A stretch of DNA of 64,000 nucleotides, taken from positions 5,352 to 69,351 of the forward strand of contig CAJQTC010000012.1 of NCBI GenBank assembly GCA_905618885.1, read 5' to 3'. Under the pieces are notes generated by a model, which was not told the DNA's origin, searched no databases, and saw only the letters and a list, made by a program, of their open reading frames with translations. The position numbers and the translations under genes were made by a program. Shown here in pieces: positions 31,401 to 40,451 of the stretch (positions are counted from its first letter, which is position 1; the number at the start of each line of letters is the position of its first letter). The DNA is from an uncultured Pelagibacteraceae bacterium (GTDB lineage Bacteria > Pseudomonadota > Alphaproteobacteria > Pelagibacterales > Pelagibacteraceae).

Positions 31401-31441
31401 TCGAAGTCACCAATGTCAGGAACGGATATATTTTGAGCCAT
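28424..31441 (-). CDS. aceE: Homodimeric pyruvate dehydrogenase E1 with N-terminal lipoyl domain
   Basis: DIDPLETKEW, GGHI, QFPTVSMGLG, GDGE, DEARTFGMEG, LQHQDG; first ~80 aa are a lipoyl domain (ESDKS). Confidence 0.95.
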   Translation of the reverse strand: MAQNISVPDIGDFDSVEIIEVLVKVGDQINKDDPIVTLESDKSSVEVPSPIAGKIIELDIKVGDKVSKGSLLAKVENDSPSIERKKENKKNNFPEKENTEKEQNLRNINTIKKVEKVFSQSSSSDDIDPLETKEWIESLNAVIENDGPSRASYLLNKVVSEAYTAGLVLPDTRTTPYINTIPTELEARSPGDQNIEKKIRAYIRWNAAAMVVRANKISSELGGHIGTFASAATLYDVGMNHFWRAKNKDFGGDLIYFQGHSAPGMYARAFLEGRLKEEQLNRFRQEVDSGGLSSYPHPWLMPKFWQFPTVSMGLGPIMAIYQARFLKYLINRGLLKDEGRKIWVFIGDGETDEPESLGAISLAAREKLDNLIFVVNCNLQRLDGPVRGNGKIIQELEGNFRGVGWNVLKVIWGSYWDPLLKADKSGLLMKRMNEVVDGEYQAMKAKGGAYVREKFFGKYPELKALVSSMTDNDIWKLNRGGHDPHKVYAAYHAAMQHKGSPTVVIAKTVKGYGMGKSGESINTTHQQKKLDEKDLLYYRDRFNVPLTDAQVKNIEYYKPAENSEEIKYLKERRKKLGGFIPERSSLAKPIKAPPKDIFESFMKSTGDKEMSTTMALVRMLTNLLRDQNVAPRLVPIIPDEARTFGMEGFFRKIGIYAHEGQKYEPEDSEQLSSYKETKSGQVLEEGITEAGAMSSWIAAATAYTNHDIEMIPVYIFYSMFGFQRVGDFAWAAGDAQARGFLIGATAGRTTLAGEGLQHQDGHSHILASMIPNCVSYDPTFSYEMAVIFREGLRRMHEKNENVFYYITAMNENYSHPQKPEGADEGILKGMYLFKEYKNKGKIKIQLMGSGTILREAIAAAKILSEEYGVDSDIWSITSFNELRKDGMEVERKNLLNPKGKKEKSYIQKCIEKRDGPIIAVTDYVRSFSDQIRPYTDKPFYSLGTDGFGRSDTRKNLRRFFEVDKEHIVAYTLSALANEQLIGSENAEKAIKKYNIDKNKAFPTKL

Positions 31442-31662
31442 AAATTTAACGCAACTTATAAAATATAGAGTTAATTATAAACAACAAAAATTCAAAAAAA
31501 AGGGTATAAATAAGCAATAATAGGTTAAATCATCAAATAACTGCGTTTATTTAGATAATTAAATTTATATACAGAATTAAATTCTACATTAACCTTTTTA
31601 AAAAATTTAGATATTTTGAAACTCCAAAATTGATAGGAATATTCTTAGAACGTACATAACCT

Positions 31663-31739
31663 GCGCCTATAGCTCAACTGGATAGAGCACCTGGTTACGA
31701 ACCAGGAGGTTCTAGGTTCAAATCCTAGCAGGCGCACCA
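31663..31739 (+). tRNA. tRNA-Arg(ACG)
   Basis: AGCTCAACTGGATAGAGC D-arm, CCTGG-TT ACG AA-CCAGG, GGTTCAAATCC, encoded CCA. Confidence 0.96.
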
Positions 31740-31744
31740 AACTT

Positions 31745-31843
31745 ATGAAAAAATTAAATATTAAATATATTGTTAAAAAATTCAGCAATAGCTTTTTTAT
31801 AATAATGTTAATTTTATTAACTCTTTTAATTTTCTTGTTATAA
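31745..31843 (+). CDS. Possible 32-aa single-TM peptide
   Basis: MKKLNIKYIVKKFSNSFFIIMLILLTLLIFLL*; basic N-terminus plus hydrophobic tail, but could be chance in AT-rich DNA. Confidence 0.3.
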   Translation: MKKLNIKYIVKKFSNSFFIIMLILLTLLIFLL

Positions 31844-31908
31844 TTTTAATTAAATAAATTTTATAAGATAAAAGCAGTTAAATCATTTAAATAATTAATT
31901 TAATTATT

Positions 31909-32664
31909 TTATTGAATGTAGATAAGAATTACAAAACCTAAAAAAATTCTATAAATTGCAAAAAATTTTAAACTAAAATTTTGTAAAAATTTTATTAAAC
32001 ATTTAATTGTCATATAAGAAAAAAGAAAAGATAAAAAAATACCTAAAAAATTTAACGTAGAAACAGAAAAATTATTTTCTATTATTAATTTTTGTATATT
32101 AAACAAGCTTGCAGCACCTAAAGATGGAATTGATAATAAAAAAGAAATTTTTGCCGCATCCACCCTATTAAAATTAAAAAATCTTGCTCCACTCATTGTT
32201 ATTCCAGATCTGCTTACACCAGGTATAAGTGATAAGATTTGAAACAACCCAATATATAAAGCGGTGGCATAACTAAAATCTTTATTAATATTTTTTTTTA
32301 TCTTCAATTGGTCGCAGTAATAAAGAAAAATTCCAAAAATTAATGTAGACCACCCTATGACTTTGTAATTTCGTAAATAATTTATTAAATTTAATTTTAT
32401 CAAAAGAAATCCGAAAATCATTAAAGGAATAGAACTTAAAATTATTTTAAAAAATAATTTTTTATTATTTACAAAATCTAAAAGGTCTTTTTTAAAATAG
32501 AATATTATTGCTAGCAAAGAACCAAAATGGAGACTCACATCTAAAGTTAAATTTTGATTATTAAAATTAAAGTACTTTGAAACCAATATTAAATGTGCAG
32601 ATGAGCTTATTGGAAGAAACTCAGTAACTCCCTGAACTATAGATAGAATTATTACCTCAAGCAT
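31909..32664 (-). CDS. uppP: Undecaprenyl-diphosphate phosphatase
   Basis: QGVTEFLPISSSAH, PGVSRSG. Confidence 0.95.
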   Translation of the reverse strand: MLEVIILSIVQGVTEFLPISSSAHLILVSKYFNFNNQNLTLDVSLHFGSLLAIIFYFKKDLLDFVNNKKLFFKIILSSIPLMIFGFLLIKLNLINYLRNYKVIGWSTLIFGIFLYYCDQLKIKKNINKDFSYATALYIGLFQILSLIPGVSRSGITMSGARFFNFNRVDAAKISFLLSIPSLGAASLFNIQKLIIENNFSVSTLNFLGIFLSFLFSYMTIKCLIKFLQNFSLKFFAIYRIFLGFVILIYIQ

Positions 32665-32704
32665 AAATATTTAATTTTATAAAACTTTTTATATTTTATT
32701 GATA

Positions 32705-32721
32705 TGCATATTTGATATGCA
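32705..32721. promoter_or_regulatory. Palindromic operator TGCA-N9-TGCA between uppP and gltD
   Basis: TGCATAT-TTG-ATATGCA perfect 7-bp inverted repeat. Confidence 0.55.
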
Positions 32722-32823
32722 GAAATAACATATAAAAAATTTGATTTAATCTATATTTATGTCAATAGTATTTACCTTTTGTGTCTTTCAAGTGTCTGAA
32801 TATAAGTTAAGTTAAATAATATT

Positions 32824-34266
32824 ATGAAAAAAATGCTTGAATTTATAAATTTAGAAAAAAAAACACCGGATAAAAGAGCCACTAGTGAAAGAAAAAAAGA
32901 CTTTCATGAAATTTATAAAGAATTTATTAAGGATAAAGCTCAAGAACAATCGAGCAGGTGTTCACAATGCGGAGTTCCATTTTGCCAAATTCACTGTCCA
33001 CTTCATAACAATATTCCTGATTGGTTAAAATTAACTGCAGAAGGAAGGCTACAGGAAGCTTATGAAGTTTCGCAAAGCACTAATAATATGCCAGAAATTT
33101 GCGGTAGAATCTGTCCACAAGACAGACTTTGCGAAGGTAACTGCGTAATTGAACAATCTGGACATGGGACAGTAACAATAGGTTCTATTGAAAAATATAT
33201 TACAGATACAGCGTGGGAAAAAAATTGGATTAAACCATTAAAAATTAAAAAAGAAATTAATCAAACAATCGGAGTCATAGGTGCTGGTCCAGCAGGCCTA
33301 GCCTGCGCAGAAGAATTAAGAAAATCTGGATATCAAGTTACAGTTTACGACAGGTATGACAGACCAGGTGGCTTGTTGATTTATGGAATACCAAATTTTA
33401 AATTAGAAAAATTTGTAGTTGAAAGAAGAACAAAACTTTTAAAACAGGGTGGAATTAAATTTGTTCAAAATTTTGAGATTGGAAAAAATAAAAGTTTATA
33501 TGAATTAAAAAAAAATCATGATGCTATATTAATTGCTACAGGTGTTTACAAATCTAGAGAAATAGATATTCCAGGAAGTAATCTAGAAAATATTTTCCCT
33601 GCCATGGATTTTCTAACTGCGTCAAATAGAAAAGGGCTAGGAGACAAAGTTGAACTTTTTGATAACGGTACATTAAATGCTCACAATAAAGATATCGTTG
33701 TTATTGGCGGTGGTGATACAGCTATGGACTGTGTAAGGACAGCAACACGTCAAAAAGCAAAATCAGTTAAATGTATTTACAGAAGAGACAGAGAAAATAT
33801 GCCTGGCTCTACAAGAGAAGTTGCTAACGCAATAGAAGAAGGTGTTGAATTTATTTGGTTAACAGGACCAAAAAAATTTATCGGTAATAAACAAGTTGCA
33901 GAGGTTCAGGTTAATAAAATGATACTTGGATTAGCAGACTCATCGGGTAGAAAAAAACCCGAGATTCAAGAAAACTCGGAATATAATATTAAAGCTGATA
34001 TTGTAATTAAGTCTTTAGGTTTTGATCCAGAAAATCTTCCAGAATTATTTTCAGCAAAAGAATTGTCAGTTTCTAGATGGGGAACTATAAAAATTGACCT
34101 AAATACTATGCAAACTAATATCGACGGAATTTTTGCTGCAGGAGATATTGTAAGAGGTGCATCATTAGTAGTTTGGGCAATTAAAGACGGCAGAGATGCA
34201 GCCAAACAAATTCAAAAATATTTGAAAGAAAAAAGTATTAAAAAAATCAATATTAAAGCTGCTTAA
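32824..34266 (+). CDS. gltD: Glutamate synthase small subunit
   Basis: RCSQCGVPFCQIHCP, CGRICPQDRLCE, GAGPAG, GGGDTAMD. Confidence 0.97.
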   Translation: MKKMLEFINLEKKTPDKRATSERKKDFHEIYKEFIKDKAQEQSSRCSQCGVPFCQIHCPLHNNIPDWLKLTAEGRLQEAYEVSQSTNNMPEICGRICPQDRLCEGNCVIEQSGHGTVTIGSIEKYITDTAWEKNWIKPLKIKKEINQTIGVIGAGPAGLACAEELRKSGYQVTVYDRYDRPGGLLIYGIPNFKLEKFVVERRTKLLKQGGIKFVQNFEIGKNKSLYELKKNHDAILIATGVYKSREIDIPGSNLENIFPAMDFLTASNRKGLGDKVELFDNGTLNAHNKDIVVIGGGDTAMDCVRTATRQKAKSVKCIYRRDRENMPGSTREVANAIEEGVEFIWLTGPKKFIGNKQVAEVQVNKMILGLADSSGRKKPEIQENSEYNIKADIVIKSLGFDPENLPELFSAKELSVSRWGTIKIDLNTMQTNIDGIFAAGDIVRGASLVVWAIKDGRDAAKQIQKYLKEKSIKKINIKAA

Positions 34267-34268
34267 CT

Positions 34269-37200
34269 ATGAATAATTATTTAAAATATTTAAAAAATAA
34301 AAAGTTATTACAGGATAATTTAGCTTACGACCCTAGCACTGAGCATGACGCCTGCGGAGTTGGTTTGATAGCTGCAACAGATGGAAAAAAATCTAGAAAA
34401 ATTGTTGAATATGGAATCGAAGCATTAAAAGCTATTTGGCACAGGGGAGCTGTAGATGCCGATGGTAAATCAGGAGATGGTGCCGGCATACAGCTTGAAA
34501 TCTCACCAGACTTTTTTAAAGAAAAAATTTTATCAACTGGCCACAAGCTTGACGCAACAAAAAGGATATGTGTTGGAATGGTTTTTTTACCTAAGACCAA
34601 TTATTCAGAACAAGAAAAATGTAGAGAGATTATAGAATCTGTTTTGTTGCAAGAAAATTTTTCTATTTATGGATGGAGGCAAGTACCAGTTAATCCAAAA
34701 GTTTTAGGAAAAACTGCTGATCAAAATAGGCCAGAAATTACACAAGTACTATTTAAAAAAAATGAAGAACTAAAAACTAATGACCTGGAAAGAGAATTAT
34801 TTGTTACTAGAAAAAAAATAGAAAAAATTGCAAGAGAGAATCAATTAAAAGAATTTTACATTTGTTCATTTAGCTCAAGATCTATTGTTTATAAAGGTAT
34901 GTTCTTAGCGGAATCGCTTGCTGATTTTTACTTAGATTTAAAAGATTCAAAGTTTACATCAAGATTTGCCATCTTTCATCAGAGGTATTCTACAAATACA
35001 TTTCCAAGTTGGGATCTTGCGCAACCATTTAGAACCTTAGCTCACAATGGAGAAATTAATACTATAAAAGGAAATATAAATTGGATGAAGATTCATGAAC
35101 AGGACATGTCAAGTTCTCTATTTAAAAATGTTGAAGATCTGAAGCCAGTTATAACAGCGGGAAGCTCTGACTCTGGAGCTCTAGATAATGTTTTTGAATT
35201 ACTTACACACTCAGGAAAACTAGCACCACTGATTAAACTCATGATGATCCCAGATGCTTGGTCCAAGAGAAGTAAAACAGTTCCAAAAAATCATCAAGAT
35301 TTATTTAATTTTCTCAATAGTTCGATAGAACCCTGGGACGGTCCAGCGGCAATCTGTGCAACAGATTCAAAATGGGTCTTAGCATCAACAGATAGAAATG
35401 GACTGAGACCTTTAAGATACACCATTACATCGGATAACTTATTTTTTGCGGGTTCTGAATCTGGAATGATAAAATTACCTGAAGAAAAAATTATTTCTAA
35501 AGGTAAATTAGGACCAGGGCAAATCATTGCAATAGATTTAAAACTAGGAAAATTATATCACGATAAGGAAATCAAAGATTATATTGCCAATGACTACAAA
35601 AAATATAATAAACAAATTATAGATTTAGATAAAAAAATCTTTACTAAAGAAGAAAAACCAGAATTTAAATCTGAAGAGCTAAAAAAAAGACAATATTTGT
35701 CTGGCCTTAGCATAGAAGATTTAGAACTTATTCTACATCCAATGGCAGAAGACGGAAAAGAAGCTATAGGATCTATGGGCGACGACACTCCCGCAGCTGT
35801 TTTATCTAGGTATTATAGACCTATTTCTCACTATTTTAGACAAAATTTTAGCCAAGTAACCAATCCTCCGATTGATTCTTTAAGAGAAAATAAAGTAATG
35901 AGTCTCAAAACAAGATTTGGAAATTTAGGTAATATTCTAGATTTTGACAATTTAACTGAAGAAAATATTTACGTTTTAGAAAGCCCAGTTTTAACTAATT
36001 CTCAATTTAAAAAGTTTAAAAGTTTATTTAAAAAAAAAATTAAAATACTAGATTGTACTTTTAATATTAATTCATCACTAAAAGAGAGAATAGAAAAAAT
36101 AAAAGAAGAAGCAGAAATTGCAGTACGTGAAGGAAGTAACAATTTAATATTATCGGATAAAAAAATTAGTTTATCTCATGCTAGCATACCTTCCGTTTTG
36201 GTGGTTGGTGCAGTTCACTCACAATTAGTAAAACTAGGTTTGAGAGGATATTGTTCAATAAACGTTGAGTGCTCAGACACCTTAGACACGCACTCTTTTG
36301 CAGTTTTAATAGGCGTTGGTGCCACTACTATTAATCCTTATTTAGCGATTGATAGTATTTATCAAAGATATGAAAAAAAGTTATTTAGTAATTCAGATTT
36401 TGAGAGTTGCATTACTAAATTTAAAAAATCTATAGATGATGGCTTGTTAAAAATTATGTCTAAGATGGGAATCTCAGTGATTAGTTCTTATAGAGGAGGA
36501 TGTAATTTTGAGGCTGTAGGTTTAAGTAGAGCTATTGTATCAGATTATTTTCCCGGTATGAGTTCTAGAATATCCGGTATTGGTATAGCTGGTATTGAAA
36601 AAAAAATTAAAGAGCATCATAAAAATTTCATTTCAAGTAATGTTATCACACTACCTATTGGAGGTATTTATAGATATAGAAAAACTGGTGAAGAACATCA
36701 GTTTCAAGGAAACTTAATTCACGTTTTACAACATGCTGTTGGAACAAGTTCCTACGATCATTACAAAAAATACTCCAAAGGTATTCACGATTTACCTCCT
36801 ATTAGTTTAAGAGACTTATTGGGATTTAAAGAAAAGAAAGAATCTATTAATATTAATGAAGTAGAACCATTATCGAGTATCTTAAAAAGATTTGGAAGTG
36901 GAAGTATGTCCCATGGAGCACTATCTGCAGAAGCCCACGAGACTTTAGCTATTGGAATGAACAGAATAAAAGGAGCTTCTTGCAGTGGAGAAGGAGGAGA
37001 AGACTCAAAGCGTTTTGTTAAACTAGCGAATGGAGACTCATCCAATTCAAGAATAAAACAAATAGCTTCAGCACGATTTGGTGTAACAATTGATTACATC
37101 AATAATTGTAATGAGATTGAAATCAAAATGGCGCAAGGCGCAAAGCCTGGAGAGGGAGGGCAGTTGCCTGGGTTTAAGGTTACAGATGAGATAGCTAAGT

Positions 37201-38777
37201 TAAGACACTCTACTCCTGGCGTGACTTTAATTTCTCCTCCACCTCATCATGATATCTATTCAATTGAGGATTTAGCTCAACTAATTTATGACCTAAAACA
37301 AATAAATCCTGGAGCTCGAGTTGGTGTAAAATTAGTCGCTTCTACTGGAATAGGAACGATAGCAGCTGGTGTGGCTAAAGCTAAAGCAGATGTAATTCTA
37401 ATTTCTGGTCATTCTGGAGGTACCGGAGCTAGTCCCCAAACAAGTATAAAATATGCCGGCATTCCTTGGGAAATGGGCTTAACAGAAGCTAATCAAATTT
37501 TAACGCTTAATAATTTAAGACACAAAGTAACCCTAAGAACTGACGGTGGTCTTAAAACAGGAAAAGATATAGTTATGGCTGCCATGATGGGAGCTGAAGA
37601 ATATGGAATGGGGACTTCATCGTTAGTAGCAATGGGATGTATACTAGTTAGACAATGTCATTCAAATACTTGTCCAGTTGGAGTCTGCAGTCAGGATAAA
37701 TCATTAAGAGAAAAGTTTACTGGCACACCAGACAAAGTTGTAAATTTTTTTACTTTTGTTGCAAAAGAAGTTAGAGAAATTCTAGCATCGCTAGGATACA
37801 AATCTATCAACGAAATTATTGGAAGAACCGATCTTTTGACACAAGTAAACAAAGGTTCATCAAATCTAGACGATTTAGACCTTAACCCCCTGCTCGTTCA
37901 AGCTGATCCAGGAGATAACCCAAGATTCTGTAAAGACAAACAAATTAACAAAGTGCAAGACACATTAGATGAGAAAATTTGGATAGACATAAAAGAAAAA
38001 ATAAACATTAAAGACAAGTTTGATTTTGAATACAATATTGAAAACACACACAGGTCAGTAGGAACTAGGCTTTCACATTACCTATACAAGACTTATGGAG
38101 ATAATAGATTAAACGAAGATTCTATAACCATTAAACTTAATGGCAGTGCTGGCCAATCGCTGGGTGCTTTTTTAATCAAGGGATTAAAATTAATAGTTGA
38201 AGGGGATACAAATGATTATGTTGGTAAAAGTCTTTCAGGAGGAAAAATAGTTGTACGCACCTCTAGTAAAAGCAACTTAGTTTCAAACAAAAATGTAATT
38301 ATCGGAAATACGGTTTTATATGGAGCTACAGCAGGAAAACTGTATGCATCTGGGCAAGTAGGCGAACGATTTGCAGTTAGAAATTCAGGCAGCCTTGCAG
38401 TAGTAGAAGGATGTGGAGCACATGGGTGTGAATATATGACCGGTGGAAATGTAATTATTCTTGGAAATGTAGGAGATAATTTTGGAGCTGGCATGACGGG
38501 AGGAATGGCTTTTATTTATGATCCAAAAAATAATTTTGAAAATTTTGCAAATCCAGTTTCAATTATATGGCAAAAAGTTGAAACTGAGTATTGGAAAAAT
38601 TTTTTAAAAAATAATCTAGAAGATTTTTTTAAAGAAACAAATTCAAATATTGGAAAAATAATATTAGACAATTATGAAAAAGAATTACTAAATTTTAAGC
38701 AAATATGCCCAATAGAGATGCTAGATAAGCTAGACCAACCAATCACTTTAAGGAACATAGCCAAGAAAGTAAGCTAA
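34269..38777 (+). CDS. gltB: Glutamate synthase large subunit
   Basis: EHDACGVG, HQRYSTNT, AHNGEINT, KMAQGAKPGEGGQLP, CHSNTCP, GXGXG repeats. Confidence 0.98.
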   Translation: MNNYLKYLKNKKLLQDNLAYDPSTEHDACGVGLIAATDGKKSRKIVEYGIEALKAIWHRGAVDADGKSGDGAGIQLEISPDFFKEKILSTGHKLDATKRICVGMVFLPKTNYSEQEKCREIIESVLLQENFSIYGWRQVPVNPKVLGKTADQNRPEITQVLFKKNEELKTNDLERELFVTRKKIEKIARENQLKEFYICSFSSRSIVYKGMFLAESLADFYLDLKDSKFTSRFAIFHQRYSTNTFPSWDLAQPFRTLAHNGEINTIKGNINWMKIHEQDMSSSLFKNVEDLKPVITAGSSDSGALDNVFELLTHSGKLAPLIKLMMIPDAWSKRSKTVPKNHQDLFNFLNSSIEPWDGPAAICATDSKWVLASTDRNGLRPLRYTITSDNLFFAGSESGMIKLPEEKIISKGKLGPGQIIAIDLKLGKLYHDKEIKDYIANDYKKYNKQIIDLDKKIFTKEEKPEFKSEELKKRQYLSGLSIEDLELILHPMAEDGKEAIGSMGDDTPAAVLSRYYRPISHYFRQNFSQVTNPPIDSLRENKVMSLKTRFGNLGNILDFDNLTEENIYVLESPVLTNSQFKKFKSLFKKKIKILDCTFNINSSLKERIEKIKEEAEIAVREGSNNLILSDKKISLSHASIPSVLVVGAVHSQLVKLGLRGYCSINVECSDTLDTHSFAVLIGVGATTINPYLAIDSIYQRYEKKLFSNSDFESCITKFKKSIDDGLLKIMSKMGISVISSYRGGCNFEAVGLSRAIVSDYFPGMSSRISGIGIAGIEKKIKEHHKNFISSNVITLPIGGIYRYRKTGEEHQFQGNLIHVLQHAVGTSSYDHYKKYSKGIHDLPPISLRDLLGFKEKKESININEVEPLSSILKRFGSGSMSHGALSAEAHETLAIGMNRIKGASCSGEGGEDSKRFVKLANGDSSNSRIKQIASARFGVTIDYINNCNEIEIKMAQGAKPGEGGQLPGFKVTDEIAKLRHSTPGVTLISPPPHHDIYSIEDLAQLIYDLKQINPGARVGVKLVASTGIGTIAAGVAKAKADVILISGHSGGTGASPQTSIKYAGIPWEMGLTEANQILTLNNLRHKVTLRTDGGLKTGKDIVMAAMMGAEEYGMGTSSLVAMGCILVRQCHSNTCPVGVCSQDKSLREKFTGTPDKVVNFFTFVAKEVREILASLGYKSINEIIGRTDLLTQVNKGSSNLDDLDLNPLLVQADPGDNPRFCKDKQINKVQDTLDEKIWIDIKEKINIKDKFDFEYNIENTHRSVGTRLSHYLYKTYGDNRLNEDSITIKLNGSAGQSLGAFLIKGLKLIVEGDTNDYVGKSLSGGKIVVRTSSKSNLVSNKNVIIGNTVLYGATAGKLYASGQVGERFAVRNSGSLAVVEGCGAHGCEYMTGGNVIILGNVGDNFGAGMTGGMAFIYDPKNNFENFANPVSIIWQKVETEYWKNFLKNNLEDFFKETNSNIGKIILDNYEKELLNFKQICPIEMLDKLDQPITLRNIAKKVS

Positions 38778-39653
38778 ATGAAAAAGAAAAATATTTTTTG
38801 TTTCGGTTTTGGTCAAGTAGCAAAAAATTTTATAAAAAAAAATAATTTAGAAAATTTAGACATTAATTTAACAGTAACTTCTAGAGAAGAATCTGGAAAG
38901 AAAAACTTTGAAAATAAATCTTACGAAAGCTACCAATTTTCTGAAGATTCTTTTGACCAAAAATTAATTGAAAGTTTAAACTCTTCAGACCATATATTGG
39001 TATCTATAGCTCCAATCAAAGGAGAGGATATAGTTGTAAAAAAATTTCAAAATATTTTAGACAGCAACAAAATAAAGTGGATTACATATTTGTCAGCTAC
39101 TAGTGTTTATGGAAATCACAATGGAAAATGGGTAGATGAAAACAGTGATACTAAACCAACATCATCGAATGGTATAAGTAGACTGAATGCAGAAAAATCC
39201 TGGCTAGATCTTGCAGAAAAAAAAAATTTACCTCTACAAATATTTAGATTGTCGGGAATTTACTCTAATCAAAATAATATTTTAGCTAGGCTCAAAACCG
39301 GTAATGTAAAAATAATTGATAAGAAAAATCAGTTTTTTTCAAGAATACATGTTGAGGATATTGCGAATGTTCTATTCAGGTCTCTACAAAAATTCAAATC
39401 AAATGAAATCTATAATGTATCTGATGATAAACCTGCGTCTTCCAAAGAACTTATTTCATATGGATGTAAACTTTTAAATATTAAGAAACCAAAGATAGTC
39501 AGCTTGTCCACTATAGAGAGTCAAATGGTAAAAAATTTTTATAAAGATTCTAAAAAAGTTAATAATAACAAAATGAAATTTTTTTTTGATTATAAATTAA
39601 AATACCCAACTTATGTTGAGGGGTTAAACTACGCCCACAACGATACTACTTAA
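38778..39653 (+). CDS. NAD-dependent epimerase/dehydratase (atypical SDR)
   Basis: FGFGQVA, YLSATSVYG, FRLSGIY, SRIHVEDIA. Confidence 0.88.
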   Translation: MKKKNIFCFGFGQVAKNFIKKNNLENLDINLTVTSREESGKKNFENKSYESYQFSEDSFDQKLIESLNSSDHILVSIAPIKGEDIVVKKFQNILDSNKIKWITYLSATSVYGNHNGKWVDENSDTKPTSSNGISRLNAEKSWLDLAEKKNLPLQIFRLSGIYSNQNNILARLKTGNVKIIDKKNQFFSRIHVEDIANVLFRSLQKFKSNEIYNVSDDKPASSKELISYGCKLLNIKKPKIVSLSTIESQMVKNFYKDSKKVNNNKMKFFFDYKLKYPTYVEGLNYAHNDTT

Positions 39654-40400
39654 TTCTTTAATTATTTTTTTTAAAGGACCTTTATTAGATAAACTGTGAT
39701 CTCCCTTTTTAATTATTACTAGCTTTTTTTTGGCACCTATAAATATCGATAGAACTTTTTTAGAAAATGACACCGGAACTAGTTCGTCATTCTTTCCATG
39801 AACCATAGTAACGTAAATTTTAGTATTAATTTTTTTTGATAAAACTTTATTTTTTCTTCCATCTTGTATTAACTGGTATGTAACAGGGTATTCATGTTGT
39901 TTTTGCTTAAATTTCGAATCTCCATGTTTAATAATACTTATCCCCTTTTGTTTAATTTCTTTTTTTATTTTTTTAGTGAATTTTTTCCACATTAATCTCT
40001 CTAGAAATTCTGGTGCGGAACCAATGCCCACAAAACCTTTAATTTGATTTTTAAAATATTTAAATTGGTTTAAAGCAATCCAAGCACCCATACTCGAACC
40101 AATTAGTATAAATTTATTTTTTTTAACAATTTTTTTTATTGAATTTTTAGCATCATTAGACCATTCACTTATATTGCCTTTAGTAAACATTCCTGATGAT
40201 TTGCCATGACCGGAGTATTCAATGGCTAAAAAACCTAATTTATTTTTTATTGCATATTTTTTAAAAGCCTGAGGCTTTTCCCCATCGATATCAGACATAA
40301 AACCTGGCAGAAAAATTATATATAGTTTTTTTTTATAATAATTGTCTAAATATCGTAGTTTTTTGGTATTAGAGATTTTAATATACTTAAATTTTTTCAT
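39624..40400 (-). CDS. Alpha/beta hydrolase
   Basis: LPGFMSD..GEK, YSGHGKS, GSSMG, GDHSLS. Confidence 0.9.
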   Translation of the reverse strand: MKKFKYIKISNTKKLRYLDNYYKKKLYIIFLPGFMSDIDGEKPQAFKKYAIKNKLGFLAIEYSGHGKSSGMFTKGNISEWSNDAKNSIKKIVKKNKFILIGSSMGAWIALNQFKYFKNQIKGFVGIGSAPEFLERLMWKKFTKKIKKEIKQKGISIIKHGDSKFKQKQHEYPVTYQLIQDGRKNKVLSKKINTKIYVTMVHGKNDELVPVSFSKKVLSIFIGAKKKLVIIKKGDHSLSNKGPLKKIIKELSSIVVGVV

Positions 40401-40451
40401 TATTTTTTATGTCAGGTTATAAATTAAATTTGTTAATATATAATATTAGTT

